DNA of 64,000 nt from Camelus dromedarius (lineage: Eukaryota): the NCBI RefSeq assembly GCF_036321535.1, contig NC_087457.1, positions 19,840,001 to 19,904,000 on the forward strand, read 5' to 3'. The position numbers and the translations under genes were made by a program. This document shows, one piece after another, positions 49,599 to 60,605 of the stretch. Numbering within the stretch: position 1 is the first letter of the stretch; the number at the start of each line of letters is the position of its first letter. The notes under the pieces are model-generated. The model saw nothing but the letters and a program-made list of their open reading frames with translations. It was not told the origin of the DNA and did no database searches.

Positions 49599-50373
49599 CT
49601 ACAGCAGACAGAAAGGAAACATGGAAATATTATTCAAGTTGGAAAACCCTAAACCAGCAGAAGGGAGTTCTGAATACACTTCTATTTCTTGATCAACACA
49701 ATGTGCATGTAAAGATTACTCTTATTACTCCAAGGTATCCTCCTGGCACCTTCATTACACTCTTGGAACCAGAGGTTTCCCAAGGAACAACATACCGAGT
49801 GCAGATATTGAGTGAAACTGTTCAAGAAAGCTTTGGAATCTAAACCAAAAACAGATCACACAGGCACTTGAAGAAGTACTGAGATGTAAAGACTTCAAGT
49901 GAGAATTTATTTAACATGAGCACCACTTTGGGAAGTTTTTAGAGGTTCATTTTTTTTTCTTTTTGGCATTGCTTCATTTTCTTAATTTTCTGATAAGAAT
50001 TCACATTGATCTACGGCACAGAGTATAGACCTAATTAATTACTACAATGCCATGTCATATTATTCAAACACCTTTGAATATAAAATGAGAAACATCTGCT
50101 TGCTAGTTCAATCTCGCATTTCCTGTGGCTTTAAATTCGTGGCAGAACCATCATCTCCACATTGCTTTAGTACCACATTCTCTAAGGGCTGGGAATTAGG
50201 AAGTGGCACCCAGAAGACCAAGAAACATGAAGGAGTTACTTTATAGGGACCACTCTTCATGGAGCATCCAAGATGCAATGATGTCTTCATTTAAGCCATT
50301 AGAGAAAAAGTCTGAATCTTCTTTATGCCCCTCACTCACCACATCAAAAAAAAAAAGCAGCATCAAAACGTAC

Positions 50374-50547
50374 CTTAAGTCAGCTCTGCACATGTAGGTG
50401 AGTTTGGATTTCCCTGACCCGCAGGGCTCAATCAGATACCTGGACAGGAGCACGTTGACCCTCACTCCCACCACTGGTGCCCGGTCGTGATCCACGGAGG
50501 TGAGTAAAAGGGCACACGCTCCTTTGGGTAAGTTAGTCCTCCATGTC
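50374..50547 (-). CDS. DLC1: DLC1 coding exon (exon 17 equivalent; START)
   Basis: gtgtctacAG|G...AG|gtacgt; 174 nt; (R)TWRTNLPKGACALLLTSVDHDRAPVVGVRVNVLLSRYLIEPCGSGKSKLTYMCRADL(R). Confidence 0.97.
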
Positions 50548-51286
50548 CTGTAGACACAAAATGAGAGTGGGAAAAATGGAGCTTCCTGGAAGCCAAGCTG
50601 AAAACGGGGCCTCACTGTTAGAGGATATAGCTCAAGGGCAGACTTGGGGGCCACCCTGTGACCCAGCTCTGGATGGATGGCATCCTTGAACGACTGTGCA
50701 GGGACTCCTGAATGAATGACTCTGGACAGAGCCCCTTCTGCAGCAGGTAGATAAGCTCACACAGTCAGTTCTTTGAAAGACAACCAATCTGAAGTGGGTC
50801 TGAAAACCCTTTTTGTATTTCACAGATGAATTAGAACACGGACATCCAAATGAATGTTCCTCTGTTGGAGAAGTTCTGGACTTAATGATGTGACATTTCC
50901 TCAAAGATTTTTGGAATTCCTCTTTCAATCATGTCTTCAGAGAATTTATGAAGTGCTTATAAACCAGCTTTAACCACAGCTTACTTGGGACCCAAATGTT
51001 ACTTCCTGGCTTATGTTTTCACTAGCTGTTTCTAATGAGAAAATCTATCCTAATGGGGCAAAAATCTGCTACCACTGAGCACAGTCAACGGAATGTGCCT
51101 CTCTTTCTGGGCTCAGTTCCTAAAGAGTTCAAACCATTTTCAAGGATGGACACATTGCTGGAATTAATGCAGATATATTTTCCATATTTGGAAGCATATG
51201 TTCTATTTTAAATAATTTTACCCTCTCGTGACATTCAGTGACATACAGGCTCATCCCTCCACAAAAGTTCATCTGGAAGCTCTCAC

Positions 51287-51504
51287 CTCAAAACAACATA
51301 GTCCCGAGCAGGCTGGGGCGCCATGCTGTTTTGGACATGCTGGTAAATGTCGGTGTGGCTGTCGAGGACCTCAATCACTTTCGAATCCAACAAGTCTAGG
51401 TCCCAGACATGCTGTTCTTTAAGTAGACGCTTTAAGATTTCCTCAGGCATCGCAGGGACTTCAATGGTTGCCCTCCAAAGCCTGAGAGGTGGTCCTTCAC
51501 TCAC
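51287..51504 (-). CDS. DLC1: DLC1 coding exon (exon 16 equivalent; START)
   Basis: ctcttttcAG|GTG...AG|gtgaga; 218 nt; VSEGPPLRLWRATIEVPAMPEEILKRLLKEQHVWDLDLLDSKVIEVLDSHTDIYQHVQNSMAPQPARDYVVL(R). Confidence 0.97.
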
Positions 51505-52274
51505 CTGAAAAGAGGATGCACTTTTCAGCGCTAAGGCATTTCACACACACTGAGACTCTGAAGGCAAAGTGCTATCTGGGTATATGGTCCTATGTTTACC
51601 GATGGCTTTACTAGGCTGCTGTCCCCAAGTATATTCAAGGTCGGGCCAGAAAGCAAACATAATTGCTGGAGTCACCTCCATTACATCTGTTTTCCTGGGA
51701 CCCATATTAGGGTCAATGTAATAAAAGTAAGATTTATTTGCACACCCCCAGCCTGCATGGCCACCCAGACCACTCTCACTGTTTTCTTTCTTTTCAAGGT
51801 AGCAGAGACAAATCCACAAATACCTCCATGGGCCATTGTGCTGAGCCGCATAAGATACCTCTGCCCTCAGGAGGCTTTCAAGTTACTTTCTCCCTCACTA
51901 CTCCCTGCTCATTAGAGGGCCAGGAGCAGTGACTGAGAACAGAGGAGATGCACAGGGATTCTGATCAAGTGATGGCACTGTCTAAGCAGGTCATAAAATG
52001 CCTGAAGGCCCAAAACCATTAGCGAAACATTCCAGGGAATTCTGTGGAGCCGAAGGATTTCAGTAGATAGTCTGAGTCCTCTGACAAGTCTTCAGTGAGT
52101 AGTATTCCTCATGGGACTGGTTTTTACTCTCACAGGGGGAATGAGTCACCTGGCTGCCCAGCTCTACAGGGAAGGGAGCGGATGACAGATCTCCATGGAG
52201 AACTGTCTTGTCTCTGCTGAACCCAAGTCCTGAGCACCCGAACTCCAGTGGCTGACAAGAGGGAGGAGACTCAC

Positions 52275-52493
52275 CTTCTTATAGGACAGCTCAGCCTGCT
52301 CAGATGTGGAGCAGCTCACCCAGCCTTTGAACTTCTCTTTGACCTCTTTAAACAGGCTGTCCACACAGTCCTGGAGGAAGTGTTGGTAGTTGGCGGACTC
52401 GTCATTACAAAGGCGTCCTAACGCTTCTAGGGTGAGGGGCTTCAGCTCCTGTTCGGTGTAGGAATTTCGACATCGGCTCATTTCCTCAGGAAC
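52275..52493 (-). CDS. DLC1: DLC1 coding exon (exon 15 equivalent; start of START domain)
   Basis: tccctcccAG|G...AAG|gtgagt; 219 nt; VPEEMSRCRNSYTEQELKPLTLEALG...KEKFKGWVSCSTSEQAELSYKK. Confidence 0.97.
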
Positions 52494-52627
52494 CTGGGAG
52501 GGACACGAGAGACATAAAGGAGGTCTGATGCTCGTGAGTGGAAGCGGAAGGGCAGAAATAATGGGCTGGACCCTCAATGCAGTGCCAGCAGTCCAACCCT
52601 CACCCCGTTTCCAGCAGATGGAGGGGT

Positions 52628-53300
52628 AGTTAGTTGATTTACAATATTAGAATAGTTTCAGGTGTACAGCATGGTGATCCAAAAATTTTAGAGATTATTC
52701 TCCATTTAAAGTCATTATAAAATATTTGGCTATATTCCCCATGTTGTACAATATATTCTATAGCTTATGTATTTAATACACAGTAGTTTGTACTTCCTTA
52801 TCCCCTTCCACTTGTTTGTCCTCTATACCTGTGAGTCTGTTTGTTTTGTTATATTCATTCTTCTCTTTTATTTACATTCCACAGATAAGTAATAACATAC
52901 AGTATTTGTCTTTCTCTGTCTGAGTTATTTCACTANNNNNNNNNNNNNNNNNNNNNNNNNNNNNNNNNNNNNNNNNNNNNNNNNNNNNNNNNNNNNNNNN
53001 NNNNNNNNNNNNNNNNNNNNNNNNNNNNNNNNNNNNNNNNNNNNNNNNNNNNNNNNNNNNNNNNNNNNNNNNNNNNNNNNNNNNNNNNNNTATCCATTCA
53101 TTTTTTGATGAATACTTAGGTTGCTTCCATATCTTGGCTATTGTAAATGATGCTGCTATGAACATTGGGGTGCATGTATCTTTTTGAATTAGTTTTTGTT
53201 TTCTTTGGATATATACCCAGGAGTGGAACTGTTGGATTATAAGTTAGTTCTGTTTTTGGTTCTTTGAGGAACCTCCATACTGTTTTCCATAGTGGCTGCA
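52628..53300 (-). mobile_element. L1 3' fragment (L1MA-type) in a DLC1 intron, contains N gap
   Basis: gatttacaatattagaatagtttcaggtgtacagc...ggttgcttccatatcttggctattgtaaatgatgctgctatgaacattgggg...ggaacctccatactgttttccatagtggctgcac. Confidence 0.8.
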
Positions 53301-53550
53301 CTTTAGATACATCATCATCTGTTGCTTTTCCTTTATAAGTAAAGGGGTATGGAGGTAGGCAATTTCATTAAACATATTAACTCTAACGAGCTTATACATT
53401 ACAAAATAAATAAATAACATTCTCAGGCTACGTATATAATCTCCAGCTGTGGAAAAGATCTTTTGGTTAAGATGTGAACAAGTATGTGCCTAAGATTTTG
53501 TTCCTATTGACATTATCCTTAACAAACAACAAAACTTCCTGTCTCCTTAC

Positions 53551-53665
53551 CTGAAAAAGCTTCTTGCACTCAGCAATCATATGGGCTAGCCCTTGAGTGG
53601 CAGCGAGGTTTTCATTCAAATCTTTCTGATCTGGTTTGCCCAGACTTTGTTTTCTTTGCATTACC
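53551..53665 (-). CDS. DLC1: DLC1 coding exon (exon 14 equivalent)
   Basis: ttcttctgcctAG|G...CAG|gtaagg; 115 nt; (R)VMQRKQSLGKPDQKDLNENLAATQGLAHMIAECKKLFQ. Confidence 0.97.
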
Positions 53666-55121
53666 CTAGGCAGAAGAAATAAGGGAGGGGAAAGATTTAA
53701 ACATTTGTCAATTTTTAATCAATGTGTGATTCGAAGAAAACTAAAGTAGACAAAAAGACTATTTCACTGGAGCCCATGTGGCATTAAGTGGTTCAGGAGA
53801 GCTTTAATCTGGTCACTAGAATTTCTCAGTTGTATCTACCACGCACAAAATATACGAAACAGTTTCTGATGAAATCCAGGCTATTTAAAGCCATCACGTG
53901 AAACAGGGAAGCATGTAAGATCTACGTATGCGTTGCAGGGAGAAGGAAAAGCAGCTTCAAGAGGTGTGTGGGTGGGAGGCATGGGTCATTGGGGTAAACA
54001 GAATCAATGTTCTCTCCAGTTTAAATAGACTGGAGCCCCTCCTGTTGGTGAGAGAAAAGTCCATTGTTTCCTAGAGATTTTGTCTTAATCTTATCTGATC
54101 TCTCCTGCTCACCTCTAGTTCTCTATCCCATTAACGCTGGAATGCCCCGGTCAACCGTTAGAACTAGCTAATTAAGCATGGTGTGGCTTTCAGAATCAAA
54201 GCAACTAGCACGACCGACGGGTTACCCGTGCCTGTAGCTGATGAGAAACATTTGTCAAGCTCCCCTAGAGCTGAGGAAAAGGATCAGAGGGATGAATCTG
54301 GGAGGAGGGAGTCAGTGACTCCTTTCTCACACACTCGACCATGAGGCCTTTACGTGAAATCCTCAAATAGGCAAGAAGCGCTAGCGGCTCTGCCATTTTC
54401 TCCCACCACACAGAGGCAAGTGACTTAACTAGGTGCCCTGCCCCCAGTCTTACTGGCCTCAGGTGTAAAATAGGTACTGAGAGTCGCTTCACCTCCTATG
54501 ATTGTTATAAGCATTAAATGAGATAATCAAGGTGCAGGGACAGAATCAGTGCTGAGCAAATCTCAGCCTCTGTTATTTTCCAGATTCCCTGTCTTCTACA
54601 GTCGCTCCCATCTTGTCTACACCTAAGGAGAAACCACGCAACAACTGGAGAGGCTGGGTCCTAACTTGGAGGCTCAACGTGATCCTTAGTTCTCTTAGAC
54701 CCAGGTGCTTTCCACTTCCCACACGGCCGGCAGCTTGGGTCTACTGAAGAAGCCAAGGTGGCAGGGCTCTCGCCCCCCACCCAGTTTTTGAGGTCAGTAA
54801 ATCCTCAGGACTCTGCTGGCAGAGGGTATGAGGACAGTGTTACAGAGGGCACTGGGGGTCGGGGAAACATCTGCCTGGCAAAGCAGGAAGGCTCATCTCT
54901 CTCGAAATGCGGCTGGAACTAGACTGTCAGGGAAGTCCCCAGGGCTGAGAAGAAAGGGGGAAGCCCAGGGCAGGAATGTGGGTGGTGAAGGAAGGGGGTC
55001 AGACTCCCTTCTGCTGCATTCAAATACGCCATAGAAGGACATGCCCGAGCCAGGGACAGCCCTAGAAGGAAGGAGGCTGCCTCTGTCCAAGAATGGAGCC
55101 CGAGCGCCCCATGGGCTGTAC

Positions 55122-55335
55122 CTTGGAGAGGAATTCTCCCTCTTTAGGGTGTTGAGGTGAAAGAGCGAAGGCGCCAAGCACACGGCCAGGTTGGTAGGAG
55201 TCATCTGGTTCTCCTTGACAGCTGCGGTGACATCGCTCAGGAAATAAAGCAGCGTCTGCAGGACCTCTCGGTTCTCATCAGGCAGGAGCATGATGGCGGC
55301 CTTGATCGCCGGGAGGCGCTGGTCCTTGGGCACGT
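55122..55335 (-). CDS. DLC1: DLC1 coding exon (exon 13 equivalent; RhoGAP)
   Basis: gtcgtgcAG|A...AG|gtacag; 214 nt; (Y)VPKDQRLPAIKAAIMLLPDENREVLQTLLYFLSDVTAAVKENQMTPTNLAVCLAPSLFHLNTLKRENSSP(R). Confidence 0.97.
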
Positions 55336-56967
55336 CTGCACGACACCAGCAGTTCCCCCATCAACCCAGTGATTTTCCACAGACATTTGCAAGCAAGTGT
55401 CCCAAAGCAAACAGCATCAAAGACTTCAGCCCAGCACTGAACAAGCACTTGCAGAAAGTGTACTTGAGATTAACAGGGAAGAAATTAGGGATTGCCACCA
55501 GCGTCACTACCCTCAAGTATTTCCTGCCTGTGGAGGAGTTAAAATTTTTAAACACCCATGTTGCCAATATACTCCTAAGTCCACCTCAGAGTTCAACTCC
55601 AGATGATGCCTGCTCTCTTCTCTAGTCTACAGAACGTTTTTTTCTTTTCTAAGTACTTCTTCAAAACTCCTAGTTTACCATTTTCAATTATTGAACACAG
55701 TTTACACTTATGCTTTGGTTTAGTTTCAGTGAGAAGTCTTATCAAAGATACAGACAAGAGGATGAGAACTGAGATTTCTTTGCCTTGACGATAAAATGTT
55801 CAGTATCCCTGGGGACTCTCCTAATTTTAATTGATGTGCTCATTCTTAACATGGGAAAAAGGAAGATCCTAAAATATTTTATTTAAACAACAGATATCTT
55901 TAACCAGTAATTTCTTTAAGTCTTAGAAAGCCTACTGAAAGGCTACTATAAAAATACATACTTGAGAAATAAACCCATAAAATACACATAATATAAATAA
56001 TATAATGCAATATAATGTAATGTAACATAGTTAATGTATATATAAAATAAGATATGTGTAGAAAATGCTGACCCCAACCTTCAGGTCTCCTTTTCTTTTA
56101 AAAGGCACGTGGTGGAAAATTCAAATCACTCAAATGCAGCTCCATAGGACAGACTGATTAAACAGCTCCATGGTTACAATACATAACAAATACCTCGGTG
56201 GGGGAAATGTGACCTGTGTTTTCATAAAATCTGAAAGGATGAAATAAATAATGAAATAATCCAGACCAGCTCCATTTCTCATAAAATAAAGTCCCATGGG
56301 CCAGTTCTAAGGACACTCTGAGCACTGAGAGAAGCTGCTTTTAAATTACACTGCTGCAATACCACACTGAGCCAAGAAAAACACACGGCTGTAAAAGCTA
56401 TAATCCTGATCTTGATCATTAATTTAGACAACTGTTTGCTTTAAGCTTCACTTAAAAGTGAGACAGGTACGGGTACTGTTTTCCCAAGTATTTTTGGCAG
56501 AAGCTGAGATGAGTAACAGAAAAAGATTATTTATTCATTTTACTGCAAGATGAAACACACAGACACCTGTGAAATTTTAAACACAACAGGCCCTGCTGGA
56601 GAGATGCGAAGCCACTGAAACGTCTATAGACAAAGCGGAGACAGATCTCAGCACCTGCTCTTTTAGGTACCTTAGACAACACTGTTCTAGAAACCAATGA
56701 GAAAACGAGCTCCTGGATCAGAACGTAAAAATGTACGGTTGTATCAGCAGTTAGAGAATGATGACAAGGGGAATTTATTTTTGCATCATTCAACAGGTAT
56801 ACAGAAAGCTGTTCCACAAACGAGAAGGCAAGGTAGAAAGACACTGATGACGTGTTTCCAAGAGGTCATCGTGTGGGTCCAAAAAGAATGACATCAAAGG
56901 AAGCTACAGGCTTCAGCTGACCCCACCTTCCCCACCGCCAAGAGCGTCAAGATCGGAGAACACTTAC

Positions 56968-57166
56968 ACTGGTAGATCTGCAGAAACGTTTCTGAGAGTT
57001 TGTTTGTCATTAGTGGCTCAGGAAGGTCTCGAAAATACTGCTTCAACATGTCTGCCACGTCATAGGCAGACTGTCCCTCATAGTTGACACAGTCTATGGC
57101 ACTTTCATTCATCTGGCGCAGAGCCTGAATCCGGGACTTGACACCCGATTTTCTGAAGAGACCAAC
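56968..57166 (-). CDS. DLC1: DLC1 coding exon (exon 12 equivalent; RhoGAP arginine finger GLFRKSG)
   Basis: ttttttcccaacAG|G...T|gtaagt; 199 nt; VGLFRKSGVKSRIQALRQMNE...MLKQYFRDLPEPLMTNKLSETFLQIYQ(Y). Confidence 0.97.
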
Positions 57167-57292
57167 CTGTTGGGAAAAAAAAGAGAAACACATTAAATGT
57201 CAAGAGGGAAACATTTTCACCACAAAACTAGAAAAAAATGCGTGCATCTGAGCTCCCGTGATTAAGTGGGACCTGTGAGCAGCGGCTCTCAC

Positions 57293-57452
57293 CTGATCCA
57301 GACAGTGGTTGCGGAGGTAGCGCATGGCCTGCTGGATGCTCTGTGGGAGGGGCTGTCCCGTGCGCTGCACGTTGACCGTCAGAGGGACCCCGAATACATT
57401 CCGGTCCTTGTAGTCTGGAACCTTGATCCTTTTCATGAACTTGGGCACAGCC
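57293..57452 (-). CDS. DLC1: DLC1 coding exon (exon 11 equivalent; start of RhoGAP domain)
   Basis: aaatAG|G...CAG|gtgaga; 160 nt; (W)AVPKFMKRIKVPDYKDRNVFGVPLTVNVQRTGQPLPQSIQQAMRYLRNHCLDQ. Confidence 0.97.
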
Positions 57453-57534
57453 CTATTTATAAAGAATATTGGGGGTGGGAGGGATATGTTTACTTGTCTG
57501 TCTACACTTTGTCCATCTCTGTAGGTGGAATCCA

Positions 57535-57718
57535 GATCTGTGCTAATAAAGTGGCTATTTAAATTTAAATTAAACAAAATTACAAATTCAGTTCCTCAGC
57601 TGGTTGTATCAGCCACATTTTTGGCACTCAGTAGCCATCTGTGGCCAGTAGCCAGCAAATTGGACCGTGCAAATATAAAACATTTCCACACCACAGATAG
57701 TTCCATTGGATGGTGCTG
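57535..57718. mobile_element. MER3-like hAT-Charlie element
   Basis: gtggctatttaaatttaaattaaa...cagccacattt...cagtagccatctgtggccagtagc...ttccattggatggtgctg followed by ctctagat. Confidence 0.65.
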
Positions 57719-59959
57719 CTCTAGATCTTCCAAGAATTGGGGCTGTGAGACCCAGCAACATTTCCTCAGCTGGGGATTCTCCTTCTACTGTTTACTCTGA
57801 GAATTGGGTCTATGTTCTTAAGGGAGCTAATGGGCTTCCTTACAAGATGGTGGCACATAAAGGAGGAGGAGGAGAAAATGACAGTCAAGACCCTAATTAG
57901 GTGCTTCATGACACAGTTGAAAAAAAAGTTCCTATTTGTCCTGAAAATGGACAAGAATCATTTCTAAGTTCTTGATGAGATCCAAAGTATTTATTTAGGG
58001 TTAAACAAATGAACAGAAAGGATCAGAAAACAGCAAATGCATGATGTTGGTCCCACATAATGAGAACAAACTCCAGAGCTCAACCGTGGAGGCTGGAGGC
58101 CAAGCTAATGACCCCGAAGTCAAAATAAAGCCTCCTGCTGATGACCCCAGAGAATATAACATCTTTAGGTTTCTAAAGGAAGATGGGAAAGAACAATGCG
58201 GGTTTTGTGAATCTAGCCCAGGCTCCCTGGAGTCCTGACACCAGCCCAGCAGTATACGCAACAGCAGGAAACCCATGGCATGCACTTAATGCTGTCAAGC
58301 AGAAATTTCAGCTCCGCAAATGACCTCTCTAAACGAGACAAGGAAGGGCAAGGCCAAAGAGGGAAAGAACTTTGTGTAGAATTTCTCCCTACTCTGTGGA
58401 TCTCACAATGTGAGGCCTTACCATTTGGTTTTGACTCACTGGAAAAAATGACCAGAACTCAAGAAGTATTATGGCCTTTCAGATTCTTGAGGGTTTGGTG
58501 GGGAGGGGGGGTGGGCAACTCAGAAATGAGAATGTAAAATATGCAGTTTTAAATAGCCAGCAGGGAAAATCTGACGCCAAGCACAGAGAGGAACACTGCG
58601 GAAGACAGACCGCTCTGACTCTGAGTGCCTAACCAGCAGCCGCAGCACGTTACTGTTTATGGCTCTAGGAAAGGTACAGCTGGAGCGCAGAGCCAGATTT
58701 GTGTTTCCATACAGTTAAGTATATGGAATCACAGCTATAAGTGTGCATAATACTCGCTTTGTCAGGGGAGAAAGCCCAGCATCGGAATGCACAAGGAACA
58801 CATTACGATCTCCACCGAGAATCTGAAGCATGTGGGGATAAACCAGTCAATACTTATTTTTGTCATTCAGAACAAACAACTTCTGTATTTAGCAGGGCTC
58901 ACATAATAACAGCCTTTGAACAGGAGGTGCTTTGATGCTGAAGTTAACCTCACTATGCGTCCCGAGGGGAGGAGCTAGAGAGAGAACAGTTACGTTGCTC
59001 CGCTGATTCTCTCAAGCGACCGATTTACTACTGAGCGCTACTCGTGAAACGGGAGGCTTCTCTGTTTTTATAGAGGGCAGTTGTGCAATTGGATAATGAG
59101 TGCTTAGATTACTGAAAAGACACCTGGATGCCTAGATGACATTGTGAAATGTGCTGGGATGTCAACCTAGAGACATTTCTCCGCTTTGCACTTAGTAGAA
59201 AAATTAAGATACAGGCATAAAATAGGTCACATCTATGACCCTCCCAGCCCAACAGTCTACATTTCACTTTATACACCCCAAGGGCCGTACTTTTGAAAGG
59301 AATGATGAACAGTTCATTCGATAAATTTCATCTTCGTATATATTTTAGTCTATAATATCTTAGAGTGGTGAATTCCTTAAATTGATTAGTCACTGTTTTA
59401 AGAGTCTTTGTTGGAAAAAACTTGACCTAAACTCTTTAGCCCAGGTGGATTTCTGAGTGCTGCTGCAGACAGTCACATCAAAAATGATTTCTAAAAACAT
59501 ACACGAAGAGGGTCACGAAGCCGGGAGCTGTACATCCAGCATTTCAAAGCTGGTCTCATATGGACATCTTATGATCTAAATATTTTTCTTCCCTGCCTTC
59601 CAAATTATCATCTGATCCCGTACATACATATGCCTATGGTGGGCTATTCCTACCTCTGGAAAGGAAGTGCCTGTTCAATGAGATGGGAGATCAATGCACT
59701 CTCACCCCACCAAAGGGCAGTCTGTCATGCAGAGAGTTGAAAACTCAGCCAGCCAACCCGGATGGAAATTCCCTAAAGCTAACCTGGGTTAGGCAGTATC
59801 AAATGTGGCCTCGAGAATGCAGTGACTGACTGCCTTAGGATGATGGACGAAAGATATTGGTACAGGATCCAACTGTCATCCACTCAGTGGTGGGACAGCC
59901 CCAAGGAGCTGATGGAAGGCATTTTCAGTGACAGCTCACTGAGCAGTTTAAACACTTAC

Positions 59960-60136
59960 CAGCTAAAACCATGCTTATTAGAAGGCGTGTATTTCTCCAG
60001 CAGGGCAGTTAACTTCAGGAGTGAGTACTTCTGCAACAGGTTCATCTGGGCCACAGACTGGCAGTTAATCTGCAGTGATACAGAGTTTAAGCTCGGCCGA
60101 TGAGAGCTCTGGAAACTGTGCCATCTCAGTCGGTGC
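59960..60136 (-). CDS. DLC1: DLC1 coding exon (exon 10 equivalent)
   Basis: tctctcacAG|G...TG|gtaagt; 177 nt; encodes (R)HRLRWHSFQSSHRPSLNSVSLQINCQSVAQMNLLQKYSLLKLTALLEKYTPSNKHGFS(W). Confidence 0.97.
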
Positions 60137-60264
60137 CTGTGAGAGACGGACAGGGGAACATGAGTGAGTACGGAGGTTTTTTACAAATGAGTCGATGCAA
60201 AATCAGCAGTGGGCTGCTCACTGGCCTTGTTTCTTAGGAACTAAGACTCAACTTCCATTCCAGT

Positions 60265-60445
60265 CTTTTTTTCCCTCTGTAGTAAAATGTATATAACATA
60301 GAACTTACTGTCTTAACCACTTTTCAGTGCACAGTTAAGTACTCTGAGCAACAAGTCCATCTACCATGTTGTACAACCACCACCACCCTCCATCCACAGA
60401 ACTTCATCTTCCCAAACTGAAGCTCGGCACCCGCTCAACAGTGTT
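60265..60445 (-). mobile_element. L1MB-like 3' end fragment
   Basis: gtagtaaaatgtatataacatag...cttaaccacttttcagtgcacagtt...gttgtacaaccaccacc...cagaacttcatcttcccaaactgaa. Confidence 0.65.
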
Positions 60446-60605
60446 CCTTTTTTCTGGCTGGTAGGATTTCATGGTCTGTCTCTTTCCTTAGGAACTTCCA
60501 CGGCTATGACTGCAAGACTTAATCCCATTTCGCTCACATGACAAGCAGAAGCAGCCCCTTTCTGATGCCCCCTCCCCAAACTGGAGAGGCAAGGAAAGCT
60601 CTTAC

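Larger units (their letters stand above)
7002..53090. other. Six internal N runs (unresolved or masked bases): 7002-7140, 8973-9128, 28137-28288, 28549-28690, 47609-47812, 52936-53090
   Basis: Directly visible; 139-204 nt each; five of six lie inside interspersed repeats. Confidence 0.99.

Noticed and set aside
9175-58440. About a dozen AP-1 heptamers (TGASTCA)
   Set aside because: Near the number expected by chance in 64 kb and not clustered.
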